From positions 33,976,001 to 34,040,000 of the forward strand of contig OX597833.1 in the NCBI GenBank assembly GCA_951406725.2: a stretch of 64,000 nucleotides of DNA. Reading direction: 5' to 3'. This document shows, piece after piece, positions 27,125-41,239 of this stretch. This DNA comes from Octopus vulgaris. Lineage: Eukaryota. Made by a program: the position numbers and the translations under genes. The notes under the pieces were generated by a model. The model had not been told where the DNA came from, searched no databases, and was given only the letters and a program-made list of their open reading frames with translations. Each line of letters opens with the position of its first letter. The stretch's first letter is position 1.

Positions 27125-27849
27125 GTGAGTAATTATTGTCACTCTTCAGTTTTTCTGTGCGCGAGGGCAACTGGGTGTGTAAATGTGTGGCAGGGCGCAT
27201 GTGTTTGTGGGTATGCATGCGTGCGAGTGCGTGCGTGCATGTGTTTAAGTATGAGTGCTGTAAATACGCAACTTGCATTTATAGAAAAAAAAACAGTCGG
27301 CCACGTTGATCTGAGAAAAAGAGAGAGAAATTAAGTACCCTGATGTCGAAAAACTGGTAATCCAATATCTTTTCGAAGAGAGCTTCCCTGAAAACTTTCT
27401 CTCCCCCAAAATAGATTCTATGAGATAGATTCGATTTACTATAGAATTATTTTGATTTCTACATTGGATATAAGATTTTCAAGCATACATCTATATACCC
27501 CATTTAGATTGATCATAAACTTGTGGTCTATATAACAGACCCGCCAAAATTCTGACCACCCTACACTAACGACCTAACAAATATCTATCTACGATCTGGA
27601 TTACCGGGTCAGTTTATTCAAGTGCACATTGATACATTCGTTAAGTATAGTCAGTACCGGACAGACAGTTGGAAAGTGATCGGATACTTCACAAAATACC
27701 AGCGTACAGTCCCATATAAGTCCCCTCTCGTACCAACGTTTATAACGTTCTCAAAAACTTAGACAAGTGCCACTCTGTTCCAAGTGGGGCAAAAACGATC
27801 ACTAGTCTGAAAGCATCGCTTTCGCTGATGTTATCTAGAACCACCGACT

Positions 27850-27890
<41 letters not shown>

Positions 27891-28621
27891 CAGATTTCTT
27901 TTCAGTTTCCGTCTACCGAATTCAATCACAAGACTTTTGTCGCCCCATGCTATAGTAGAAGATATTCATCCAATGTGACATACAGTGAGACTGAATCCGG
28001 AACCATGTGATTACGAAGCGAGCTTCTTACCACACAGCCAGCCTGCGCCACACACATACACACATGCACACACCACCCGAACAAGCATACATCAACTGCT
28101 ACACACAAGCGTTTGCACACACACACGTACACACACATACACAGGTCCATATGCACGCGCGCTCGCAAATACACGAAACACACATCACTCTACACAACGC
28201 GTGCACTAGGTTACTTGTACACACACACACAGGCCCGTGCGTTTATACACACACACACATGACAATCCCACACACATGTACACACGTCCATACGCACACA
28301 CACATACATGAAACGTACATCACTCAACAAAATGTACGCACAATGTTACTTATACACATACACACACACAAGCCCACATGATTTTAAGCTCGCCCACACA
28401 TACATTCACGCGCTCGCCTCCATTCATACACACTCACACACACCATTCTCACATACACACACGCACTTGCGCACCCTAGTTCAGCCGGGTCACCGTTTTT
28501 ATCTCCCTTTCACTCAGCCTCTTTCTTCCGGCTATTTCGTCATTTTTGAACTGTTAATGCCAATACATTCTTTTTCTTGCACCGTTTTTTTTTCGTTCTC
28601 TCTATTTTTTCCCTCTCAATC

Positions 28622-28657
28622 CTTTCTCTCGAAGAGCGTGGGCTCGAAACGTCAAAG
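28622..28657 (+). ncRNA. HHR-like motif with damaged core
   Basis: CTTT-CTCTCGA-A-GAGC GTGG GCTC-GAAA-CG-TC-AAAG. Stems I-III are correct but the CUGANGA box is mutated. Confidence 0.45.
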
Positions 28658-29345
28658 ACTTTTCCATTCTTCCCGAGCGTTAAACTTATACACCTGCTTG
28701 TTGTTCCTTCACCTGTCTTTATCTCTTGCTTTCTGTAAATTTGAACTCTGCGCGCGCGCGTGTGTGTGTGTGTGTGTGCGTTATATAACATTAATATCAT
28801 CCAAAAGAAGACGATGCTTCCTTTTCATTCACCTCTGGTGAATGTAGCTTTGGCCAGGAGGAACTAATGCCATCAGATGGTACCCAACAATCATTGAGTG
28901 TTTCAATCTTGAACCATAACGCCTTCTCGTTGGTACATTAGCAGAGATGGCCAAATCCCTGCTTATCATTTCCTCCTGGCTTCCAGCTTTCATTTCTGAC
29001 ACCATCACCAGCAAGAGTTTCTTTCAACTGCTTCTCCCATGCTAAGCACAGCTACCTTGCGCTCTTTTCCTCTTAATCCAATCGCTGTAAGTATTCTCCA
29101 TACTAACTGCAAAGGAAATCTTCTACAACCAATCTCGACTGGGAATAGCCATGACAGCCATCCCTTCTCCTTGCAATTCTGCTGCAGAAGTATATATGTA
29201 TATTGTACATCCTGTTCTCTTAATTTTCATATTTTCTATTGAACAATTTCGTTAAACTTTAACATTGTTAATTTTCAATACCTTCATGCACATTTTCAAA
29301 GCGAGCTCTTGTTTTAAAACATGAAACTTGTGATTCATTTTTCAA

Positions 29346-29346
<1 letters not shown>

Positions 29347-29383
<37 letters not shown>

Positions 29384-29409
29384 CATTATTATTATTATTA
29401 TTATTATTA

Positions 29410-29449
<40 letters not shown>

Positions 29450-29525
29450 CATTATTATTATTATTATTATTATTATCATTATTATTATTATTATTATTAT
29501 CATTATTATTATTATTATTATTATG
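29347..29525. repeat. (TAT)n/(CAT) trinucleotide microsatellite
   Basis: Read directly from the sequence. Confidence 0.95.
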
Positions 29526-29537
29526 CGGGTTTTTTAG

Positions 29538-29863
29538 GTTGACGGCAAGAAGATGGCAATTCCTTACAAAACTAGTGACGGCATGTTAAATATAACAATA
29601 GAAGGACAGTACATGAAACTGGAGTTTGGCGGTGGCCTGATTGTAAGGTTTGACGGTGTCCATAAAGTGGTGATAAGTTTGGCTAAACAATACGCTAATA
29701 ATGTGGAAGGAATCTGTGGAGATTGTGATTCAAACCCAGCCAATGATATTGTGTTTCATGGGAAGGACATCAACGGCATGACAAATAATAATGAAAGATA
29801 TGAAAAGTTTGCCAGCCAGTTTCTCATAACAGATGATTCCGACAAACCAGCGAAAGATAAAAT
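29538..29863 (+). CDS. Exon: VWD domain, C-terminal half
   Basis: TTTTTAG acceptor, AT|GTATTT donor. Encodes VDGK..GLIVRFDG..YANNVEGICGDCDSNPAND. Phase 0 in, phase 2 out. Confidence 0.9.
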
Positions 29864-30130
29864 GTATTTTGTTTTTTCGTTCTTTCTATTATGTTATGAC
29901 TTCGCTTTTAATTATGTATGTATGTATGTATGTGCAGAAACATACATATATATTTTATATACCACTATAGTACAGATGCATATATTATATTATATCATAT
30001 TATATTATATCATATTACATTACATTACATTACATTACATTACATTACATTACATTACATTATATTATATTATATTATATTATATTATATTATATTATAT
30101 TATATTATATTATATTATATTATATTATAT

Positions 30131-30697
30131 TATTGGGTTGTCCAAAAAGTTCGTGCTGATTTACAATAGTTTACCTTTCGGCTTATTTTAGAACATGGTT
30201 GAGTCCATAAAATAGGATTTGACTGCACCTTCATTTAGAGCACAGTTTAAGCTATCTTTTCGTAGAAGAAGGTTTATGTTCCTATAACCCGTGTTAATTC
30301 TGTAACCCTTTAAAATGGAAGATAGGAAAGTTCATTTTCAGCACATGATGCTTTAGGAACAAGACAAAAATTGCTGCAGCTCGGTTGGGATGTGTTACCC
30401 CACCCTCCATATTCATCAGATATTGCTCCTTCGGATTTCCACTTATTCAGGTCTCTGCGGAATAGTCTTAATGATATAAATTTCAATTCCTTAGATGACG
30501 TAAAAAGATACCTTGATGAATTCTTTGCCATGAAACCACCTCAGTACTGGGAAGAGGGTATTTTCAAGTTAAAGGAAAGATGGAGACACATTGTGCAACA
30601 AAATGGTTCATATTTAGTTGTTAAAAATGTAATGACAAGTATTTATTGACCTTTTTCTTTCCTTTAAAAATCAGCACGAACTTTCGGACAACCCAAT
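30131..30697 (+). mobile_element. Short non-autonomous mariner derivative
   Basis: ~30-bp TIRs ATTGGGTTGTCCAAAAAGTTCGTGCTGATTT / AAATCAGCACGAACTTTCGGACAACCCAAT. ORF has HPPYSSDIAPSDFHLFRSL. Confidence 0.92.
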
Positions 30698-31139
30698 GCA
30701 TATATATATATATATACATATATGTGCGTGTATGTATATATACGTATTTACATATTAATACATCCATATATATATTGAAATGTTTATGGAGGAATATGTT
30801 GCATGTACAGATATATTTGGAGGTGCTTGTACGTATATGAATGTGCGGTTGCCTATATTAGTGTATTGTGTGCGCGCGTCTGTGTGTGTGTGTGTGTGTG
30901 TGTGCGTGTGTGCGTACGTGTGTGTGTGTATGTGTGTACATAGTCTTTTCTTAACTACATAATTATCTCTAACGACCTATTTTTAACGTTGTCTCTAATT
31001 ACCGTTTTAACATTTTAAAGATGCTGATATTAACTGAACTAATATTAGACAATGAATCAGTTCAAAATACGAAGTTGCCGCGTCAAACGGTCCGTATCAG
31101 ATTTAAGCATCGATCTAGTGCTTTCCTTATCATTCTTTC

Positions 31140-31675
<536 letters not shown>

Positions 31676-32090
31676 CTTTTTTTATTATTATTATTCACTA
31701 CATTAACGGCGGTGCATCAGCATGGCCGCAGCTCTGAGCTGAAACAAAAAAGAAATTACGTTAGCAACACCGTAACTATTTATTTTACTTGTGGATAACG
31801 TCCCTTTACTCATTATCTAAGAGAAAGCCTAGAGACGAAATTGGCAGATGTTTTCCGATAATGAAATAAATCGAAACGAAAGGCTTATCTCAAATATCTA
31901 AGATATTCTTACTCATGCTAGAATTGGGTTTTATATTGTCTGTGTAGAAAGGTGGGGTTACTGAGGAAGCAGGAAGATGATAATTTGTGAGTGTGAGTTA
32001 TCTCTTCAATAACAATACTACAATAAACAATACGTGCTGTATGTTAGTGATAGAATATCGATTAATTCACATTTCTCTTTCTTCTTTCAG

Positions 32091-32109
32091 CTGCTATATG
32101 AAATCCTGA
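32091..32109 (+). CDS. Probable terminal coding exon (I-C-Y-M-K-S-stop)
   Basis: Strong acceptor TTTCTCTTTCTTCTTTCAG. Phase 2 matches the previous donor, and it starts c-TGC like the C8 exon. TGA at 32107-32109. Confidence 0.6.
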
Positions 32110-32706
32110 AACCTGTGGTGGACATTAATAGCAACAACACTAGAAGCAGCAATAATGACAACAACATACCACATTATCTATAACAACAATGACAACAACA
32201 AAAACAACAATTAGCCAAAAAAAAGCAAAAGTTAGCAACAGAGATGGTGTCGTCTCACATTATAAAAAGAAGAGAAAACACAACAGCAACAACAACCCAC
32301 ACTAACTATAGCAATAATCACAATAACAGTAATAACAACAATCCTAGATTTTGTAGGGGTTGTTTGTTTCTTGGGATTTTTTGTTATTTTTTATATTTTT
32401 GCTTTTTAGCTCTAGGCCAGCCCTGATCGAGCGAACTGGTTGTCAAAGTCATTCGAGTAGTGACTATCGCGTCTTTTTTTTTTTTTTTCATATCTAGGAT
32501 TAACATTTTATATGTCCTGTATTTTTTTAAAGCGGTAAGGTATGATATGAGGGATTATAGTTATTATTGTTGGTTTACTGTCCTTACTACTTCTGCTAAA
32601 CAAAAACACCAGTAATACTAACAGTTAAAACCAGAAGATGGTTCCAGGAACTGTTTAATTATATTTATATCACACAAACACTTAAAATTACCTCCTTTGC
32701 ACAATA

Positions 32707-32742
<36 letters not shown>

Positions 32743-32816
32743 TACATATATATGGAGATGTACTTGAATAGCAAGTGACCTGATCTGAGATCGTGTGCTG
32801 GATCGAAAACAATTGC

Positions 32817-33095
32817 AGCGTGAAAGGTGTTTACAAGCCATTTAAGAAATACACAAAACCGTTAGATTCACTTCAACATTTAAATTTAATTCGTCGAAAT
32901 ATTTTCGTCGCTTTGAGACCGCGACCTGTTCAATGACAAAACTCCCTGCTGCACGGAGATGCAACACGGAGTTTTGTCAGTGAACAGGTCGCGGTCTCAA
33001 AGTGACGAAAATATTTCGACGAATTAAATTTAAATGTTGAAGTGAATCTAACGGTTTTTGTGTTTCTTAAATGGCTTGTAAACACCTTTCACGCT
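32817..33095. repeat. Fold-back element (~128-bp arms) next to a long (TA)n
   Basis: AGCGTGAAAGGTGTTTACAAGCCATTTAAGAA vs TTCTTAAATGGCTTGTAAACACCTTTCACGCT. Confidence 0.93.
32972..33023 (+). ncRNA. HHR motif, G3:C8 variant
   Basis: TTTTGTCA-GTGAACA-G-GTCGC GGTCTCAAA GTGAC-GAAA-ATAT-TT-CGACGAA. Confidence 0.6.
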
Positions 33096-33110
33096 ACATA
33101 TATATGTCTG

Positions 33111-33248
<138 letters not shown>

Positions 33249-33254
33249 CATATC

Positions 33255-33289
<35 letters not shown>

Positions 33290-33342
33290 CATACATATAT
33301 ACATATATATATATATACATACATATATACATATATATATAT

Positions 33343-33410
<68 letters not shown>

Positions 33411-33685
33411 TATATATATGTATATTATGTATATATACATATATATGTATATATATACATATATATATATGTATATATATACATATATATGTATATATAT
33501 ACATATATATATATGTATATATACATATATATGTATATATATACATATATATATATGTATATATACATATATATGTATATATATACATATATATATATGT
33601 ATATATACATATATATGTATATATATACATATATATATATGTATATATACATATATATGTATATATATACATATATATATATACA

Positions 33686-33717
<32 letters not shown>

Positions 33718-33726
33718 ATATGTGTG

Positions 33727-33760
<34 letters not shown>

Positions 33761-33832
33761 ATATGTGTGTGTATATATATATACATACATACACTCTCTC
33801 TCTCTCTCTCTGCATATATGCTTGTATATGTA

Positions 33833-33918
<86 letters not shown>

Positions 33919-34577
33919 GTATAAGGAAGGGAAAAAATAAGCGCAGACGATCTTTTGATACAAAGTTGGTACAAATCCAATCAAAACCAGAAACAATATA
34001 AATCCACTTCAGCGTTGATTAAAATAACAATTTAAAATATATAAATATTTGACAACGACATTTGCTGTAATCAAATATCTGATAACGCAAAAAGGTAATG
34101 GAGCAAATCATCTATTAACTACTAAGAATTATAGAGTTGGCTAATGAAAAGATTAAAAAATTAAAAGCCAATATAATATCCACTAAAACGTTAATATTAC
34201 AATTCAAAGTTCATAATATGATGATTTCAAGCGAAAAGAAAAAGAAATTCATTTATTTACAAATGGCTACCCTCGAATATTATAAAGTAGTTTCCCCTCA
34301 AAATTAATAAATAAATAAACAAATAAATAATTCAAAACGAGTGAAAAATAATCGCATGAAAAATTCCTTCTGTATCACAATATCAGATAAACTTAAATTA
34401 AACGTCTAAGAATCTAAAATTAAAATTCAAAATTTTAAAAATTAATTAAAATAAAAACATATTACATTACATTACAAATTAAACCAAACTAAGAAAAAAT
34501 GTATACACATATATATACATATATATATATAAAAACACACATACATATATATATATATACACATACATATAAATATA

Positions 34578-34629
<52 letters not shown>

Positions 34630-34634
<5 letters not shown>

Positions 34635-34765
34635 TACATTATTTACATTTGACGGATATTTATCCTCATCTTGTTTGTTGTTAACACAACGTTTCGGCTG
34701 ATATACCCTCCAGGTGTCTTAGGGAAATTTCGAACCTGGGTCCTCATTCCTTAGGTATTTTTCGA

Positions 34766-34830
<65 letters not shown>
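34630..34830 (-). mobile_element. Copy of the 62095-62402 HHR element with the catalytic box deleted
   Basis: AACACAACGTTTCGGCTGATATACCCTCCAG^GTGTCTT lacks the 10 nt (CCTTCATCAG) present in the intact copy. Confidence 0.8.
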
Positions 34831-36911
34831 TCACTGCTTAGAATAAGCAATACATTATCCAAATCGTAGGATTAAGAAATAAATCAAGAACTTATTATCT
34901 AATGAATACTTATATAGTTTACTAAACTAGAATAAATATATCCAAATCTAAAAAATAACCCTGGAAGGAATTCACCTAAAACAACAAAACAAAACAATGG
35001 CAATGTAGAAAACCAAAGGCAAACAACAAATGAGAGAAAAACCTACTTAAATAGCAAATACAAGGGGTGAAACTGTGATTGTCAGACTCTCAATAACCGG
35101 TTAATCAAAAATAAGATGTAATAAAATAAAACCCCGATCCGTCATTGAATTTGAGAATAAGTTTTGGGTTAGAAAGGATGCTTATGATCGTTTTGATATG
35201 CCTATGGGAGAGGCGGATTCCGCTCAGGTTACGGATATAGTAGGTATTTACATTCTGTTTAAGTTAGGGAGTGAGTTTCCTAAGCTTGCTAGGGGTTTAT
35301 ACCGAGATAACTCTTTGTTCACCATTAATAATGTTTCTAATAGGAAATTGGATCTATATAGAAAGAAGTTTCACTGGGGGGGGGGGTAAGTTAGTTTCGG
35401 TTTATCTATCGCCATAGTAAATGAACATGAATTTGTTAACTTCCTCGGCGATAACTTTAATTTGATTACTAGTATTTACGAACCTTATCATAAGCCTTAC
35501 TCTAATCTGAAATATATTAATTCAGAAAATAATTCTAATTTACAATATTTCTAGGAGAATTTTTACCTTATTTTGTTGTAAGGAAGTTTTTGATAAGAAA
35601 GCTGATTACTATAATATAGCCCTTAATAAGACAGGTTACAATAGGAAAATTGGATACCTTGATATTTCTAGCTCTGATTATACTGATAAACTGAAACTTA
35701 CTATTAATGTTTATGGATTGGATTTTAAATATTCCAAATCTAAACGGAAGGGTAAATATGATCTGGAAGTGCACATAAGAACAAAGAGAATAATCCTTTA
35801 ACTCCAGTTGCTAATGATCGTAAATATAAATATAATTACGTGCTAAAAGGTTATAAGTTTAAGTTGGTCTATAAGGTTAATAATTTAAGTCATTTTAATT
35901 TAGCTTGGGACAAGAATAACATTATATGGTATATTATTCCCTAAGCCGGTCAATTAAAAAGTAACTTAGTTGGGGTTGTTTATAAATTGTCTTTAAAACA
36001 TTTCAATAAGAAAATTAGATACTATGAGATTTTGAATTTGAGATCCATTAAGGTTGCTTTTTCGGTTTCTCGGAATTTGTCTCAGATTATTTCTTCTATT
36101 AATGAAAAGAAATTATCTGGCTTTTATCTTCGTGATAACTCAGTTAATGTTAGCAAGATCAATTCCATGGGTGACAATGTTATTGATTTTTCCAATAGCC
36201 AGGGTGGTAGTGATGATTTTGATTCTAATATAAAGTTTTAATAATAATGAGGAGGATAACTTTTTGCTTTCAATTGTTGACGGTTCAAAGAGGGGTGGAA
36301 ATTCCGTTTGTGATTGCAGAAACAAACAAAATTGTTTATTTGGAAATTTTTGTAAACGTAGAGAAGTAGTTGTCTGATATTGTGAGACGGAAGGAATTTT
36401 TCTTGCGATTATTTTTCACTCGTTTTTATTTATTAATTTATTTATTTACTTATTTATTTATTTATTCATTTCGAAGGGAAGCTACTATATATTACTCGAG
36501 GGTAGCCATTTGTAAATAAATGAATTTCTTTTTCTTTTCGTTTAAAATCATCATATTATTAACTTCGAATTATAGTATTAATAACGTTTTAGTGGATAAT
36601 ATATTGGCTTTTAGTTTTTTTAACCTTTTAATTAGTTAACTCTATAATTCTTAATAGTTAATAGATTATTTGCTTCGTTATCTTTATGCGTAGTTCAGAC
36701 GGTAATGACAAATGTCGTTATCAAATATTAATATATTGTGAATTGTTATTTTAATCAATGCTGAAGTGGATTTTTATATATATATTTTCTGGTTTTGATT
36801 TGTCTGGCGTTCGGGTAATTTCCTTCTGTCATAATTTAATTGTTTGTTCTTTTCTGGGCTATTAAAGGTATTTATATTTTTATTAGTCGAACCCATTCAT
36901 TCCAATAATGA

Positions 36912-37007
36912 ATTCCTGAAAAAAAACCTAATTTTGATTTCAAAAGAATTATGTTTTTTTTTCGCTTTGTTTTGGACTTAATTAGGCTTGGAAACAACTT
37001 GTAGAAT
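36912..37007 (+). ncRNA. HHR motif in PLE 3' pseudo-LTR (G8 mutated)
   Basis: ATTC-CTGAAAA-..ACCTAATT..AATTAGGC..-GAAA-CAACTTG-TA-GAAT. Confidence 0.65.
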
Positions 37008-37190
37008 CTTTATTGGATTTGTACCAACTTTATATTAAAAAATCGTCACCGCTTATATTTTTACCTTTCCTTATACTTTATTTATTGATTATACCAATAT
37101 TGAATATATAGTTTTTATATATTCTTGGCTTGGATTGAACCGGCGGACTTGGATATCTAACATCCCTTTGAAGGATTTTGGTCCTTAGTT

Positions 37191-37253
<63 letters not shown>

Positions 37254-37254
37254 T

Positions 37255-37296
<42 letters not shown>

Positions 37297-37444
37297 CGTC
37301 AACGAAACCAATGGTTTCATATTAAGAGCAATCCCGCCTCAACAATTATTAAGCCTGGAACTTCCTTTGATATGTATGTCCAATAGTAACTTTAACCGGT
37401 GCTCAGCATGGCCGCAGTTTAATGACTGAAGTAAGGAAAAAATT

Positions 37445-37790
37445 ATATATATACATGCATATATGGGTACAGGACATCACAAACAGTGCAAATAACATGA
37501 AATATGCAAACAAACGAGGGAAAAACGAATGAAATACATAAACAAGAAAATGGAAAACAGGACAAGTAAACGCAGGGAAAGGACCCTTCATAAGTTGTCG
37601 GCTGTCTATCTGTCGTTGAATTCTCGAAATGAAGAGTAGATAGCCGACAACTGTGTTTACTTGCCCTGTTTTCCATTTTTTCTTGTAGTTTACGTATTTC
37701 ACTCGTTTTTCATCGTTTGTTTACGTATTTCATGTTATTTACCTCGTTGGTGGTGTCCTGTACCCATATATGTACATATGTATGTGTGTG
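37445..37790. repeat. Fold-back element (~130-bp outer arms plus inner hairpin)
   Basis: ATATATGGGTACAGGACA vs TGTCCTGTACCCATATAT. Inner AGTTGTCGGCT vs AGCCGACAACT. Confidence 0.85.
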
Positions 37791-38049
37791 TGTATGTATA
37801 TATATATTTATTTATTACTAAATATATATATATATACATATATTATTAAATATATATTATTTATTATATATATATATGTGTGTGTGTGTATGTATGTATG
37901 TATGTATGTATATATATACGAGAATGTAGAATGATGAAATGAGTACTCAACACTGCATTGGTGGTTATATAATTTCTTAATTTGTGAATTAAGTCTACCA
38001 TGTTTATTAAAGCAGATAAGACAAAAAATATTTACCAAGTAAACAACCC

Positions 38050-39680
38050 TACACACAACAAATAACTAAACGACAACATAACTAAAGTATAAAAGAAAAC
38101 AAACACCGTCACTTATAATTCAATTAATATAGAAGCAACAAATCTAGCCACAAAGTTTAAATAGAAGACAAAGTAGAAAAGCTTATCCCACGAAATCTTT
38201 TTATAACTCTGAAAGACCATAAAAACAATTTTACGTAAAATCATAGGTGTAGATTAATAAATCCCACAAAAAGTGAAATAGGAATTATTAGTAAATCTAT
38301 ATTAGATAACATTGTATGACATATCAGAGCATACACAAATCTTACCCAATGGAAATGATGTAGTGCAACTATTGAATGGTTTAAGAAAATAGAAGATAAA
38401 CCCAAATGCAAATTCATACATTTCGACATCATAGAGTTCTCCCCCTCGAACTTCAAAAGATTGCTTCAGAAGGCACTTGAATTTGGCAAAATATACGTCA
38501 CAATAACAAATACCGATATAGACATAATTATGAACGCAAGGAAGTCATTACACTTTCATTATAATTCCTACTGGGTCAAAAAGATTGGAGACGAGTTGTT
38601 TGATGTGGGAATGGAGAGCTATGACGGTGCAGAGATAGCTGACCTTGTAGGCCTTTATATCCTAGATGTCCTTAAAAAAAAGAAATAAAAAAGCTAACAT
38701 AAGTTTATACAGGGATTATGGCCTGGGAGTAGAGCACAATAAAAACGGACATATGGATAGAATGAGGAAAAAATTATGCAAAATATTTAGCCAAACCTTA
38801 AGTCAACTTCCTAGACATTAATATGAATCTTAACACAGAAAAATTTAAACCTACCATAAAGAAAACGGAGAAGCCTCGTACATAGACATAGGTTCCAACC
38901 ACCCACCAGCAGTAATTGAACAAATAATTAACAACATTAGCAGACGAGTTTCCAATTTATCAGTCGACAAAAACACTTTCGAAAAAGCCGTCCCATATTA
39001 TGATGCCGCATTAGAAAGGTTCAACTTCAAGAATAGCATACACTACATTGAACCAAATACAAATAGACCAAGAAGACGCAGACAGAGAAAAATTTTATGG
39101 TTTAATCCACCTTATAGAATGGATGTAGCCAGTAACGTAGCTAGGACATTTTTTAAACTAATAGACAACCACTTTCCACATTCACACAAATACCACAAAA
39201 TCTTCAACAAAAACACTGTCAAAGTTAGCTATAGATACCTCTCCAATATAGGGTCAATAATACGTAATCACAATAAGCATAAACACACCAAAAACACCCC
39301 AGAAAACTGCAACTTCAAATCCCCAAACCGCTGCCCTCTAAACAACAACTGTCTCGAGAAAGAACTCGTATAAAAGACCAAGATCACAGACCCCAACAGA
39401 ATATCAAAGACGTATATCCGAATGATGGGAAGCTCGTTCAAGGAAAGGCATACGAAACACCTTGCGTCATTCAAAGACAAAAACAAAAAACATGCGACAT
39501 CTCTATCAAGTATAATATGGACATTGAAAGGAGGCAAAATAAGCAACCCTCAGACAGAGAGGAAAACTATTGCTAAAACCAAAAAATACAGAGGACGGGG
39601 TGCCAAATGTGAACTCTGTATCACTGAAAAATTAAATATTACACAATCAACAAACAACATCTTAAATATTAAGGGATGAA
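38050..39680 (+). mobile_element. PLE (YRDD/WFNPP-type, Nematis/Hydra-like; clade uncertain), degenerate RT plus GIY-YIG
   Basis: ITLKDHK, CRLINPTKSEIG, FDI, MESYDGAEIADLVGLYIL, LYRD, SNHPP, WFNPPY, CNF..CPLNNNCL, FKERHTKH and CELCITEK. Confidence 0.88.
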
Positions 39681-40042
39681 ACCTTCTCTCTCTGCATATA
39701 TAAGTAATATTTTACACTCAAATACTTTAAAGAAGACCCTCTATAAACGAGGGCAACCCTACCGGGATAGCCCCTCCATATACATGAAAACATGTAGCAC
39801 GCAAACTTCACACAACAAAGAAGAAATAAGTCGCAAACTCCACACAAAGAAGAAATAAGTACCAATGACGTACAATCTCAGCACACAAGTATAAAATCAC
39901 CATTCCCAGAACAAAAACAAACAAATAATGCAAAAACAATTTAGAAATTTACCGGAGAGATAAATCCAAGGGAGACAAGCTCCAAAAAATTCCTCCTAGA
40001 GTTAACGTTCCTTGATTCATTGTTTCATTTACGAGAAATCCC

Positions 40043-41130
40043 GTGAACGAAACGAGACTATTTTCCAAAATGGAAGCAATAAAACAATCGGTAGAAAAAT
40101 ACAGGGAACTCATAGACGAACGTTTCAAGACAGACGTTATCACCCAAGCCACCCAATTAATACTCGAAGAAAATACATTCTCATTCAACAACAAGACATA
40201 TCGACAGATAAAGGGCACGGCTATGGGTACAAAATTTGCACCTTCATATGCCAACCTGGTGATGGGTTTCCTTGAGAACAAACTATACGATGAAATAGGG
40301 AAAGTCTTCGAACACGACTTCAGAGAAGACATCAAGAAAAAGTGGAAACGCTACCTCGATGACTGCTTCATCTTTTGGAACAGATCAGAAGAAGACCTAC
40401 GAACATTCCACAACATCCTCAACACGCTGCACTCATCTATCAACTTCACAATAGATACCAGCCACAACGAACTTCCCTTCCTAGACATGAACATCAAGAT
40501 AAACAACTCCATCATCACAACAGACAGCCACTACAAAAAAAAACCGACACACACCAATATTTAAATTCCTACTCCTGCCACCCATCCCACATAAAAAGAA
40601 ACATCCCATAAAGTATGGCAAGACGCATATGCAGCATAGTAACTGACACACAAACACGCCAAACCTAAAGAAACATCGAACAAGAGCGCAATTCTCATCA
40701 GAAACTAAAACTTAATTCTTTGTAAAAGAGTGCGGAGATGGTAGATGTGGGATCTGCAGTAACCCCACCTACAAATACATAGAGGGAGACAAAGAAATTA
40801 AATTTAAAAGTGGTCACATATTCAAAATAAATGCAGATATGAACTGCAAAACGCAGAACGTAATATAGTGCATAACCTGCCCCACGTGCAAGGAGGATTA
40901 CATAGGTGAAACTGGAAATTCTTTATGCCAACGAGCCAGGATTCACCGACAACATGTCCGACAGGAGGAACTGCGCAAGATACCATTGAGTAAACACCTA
41001 GATACATGTGGAGAAGGAAAATTTAAGATCTTTACCTTTTACAAATGTCCAAAGAATGACACCTCCTTCAGGAGGAATATGGAAAAATATTTCATAACTA
41101 AGTTCTCCCCCAAATTGAATGGCTGAAGAT
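40043..41130 (+). mobile_element. PLE (Neptune-like), truncated
   Basis: GTAMGTKFAPSYANL, RYLDDCF, LPFLD and SCHP, then C..C..NVI..TCPTC..YIGETG..RIHRQH (GIY-YIG). Related to the element at 10601-12505. Confidence 0.9.
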
Positions 41131-41186
41131 ATCTCTATAATAAGCTGTACCAGATGAAGGACCAAATTTGCTAAGTAAACTGTATT

Positions 41187-41239
<53 letters not shown>

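Larger units (their letters stand above)
33915..37085 (+). mobile_element. Decayed PLE (YRDD/WFNPP-type) with an inverted copy of its 3' end at the 5' side
   Basis: MPMGEADSAQVTDIVGIYIL..GLYRDN at 35198 and CDCRNKQNCLFGNFC at ~36310. 33915-34392 is the reverse complement of 36370-37080 apart from the segment 36801-37010. Confidence 0.8.
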
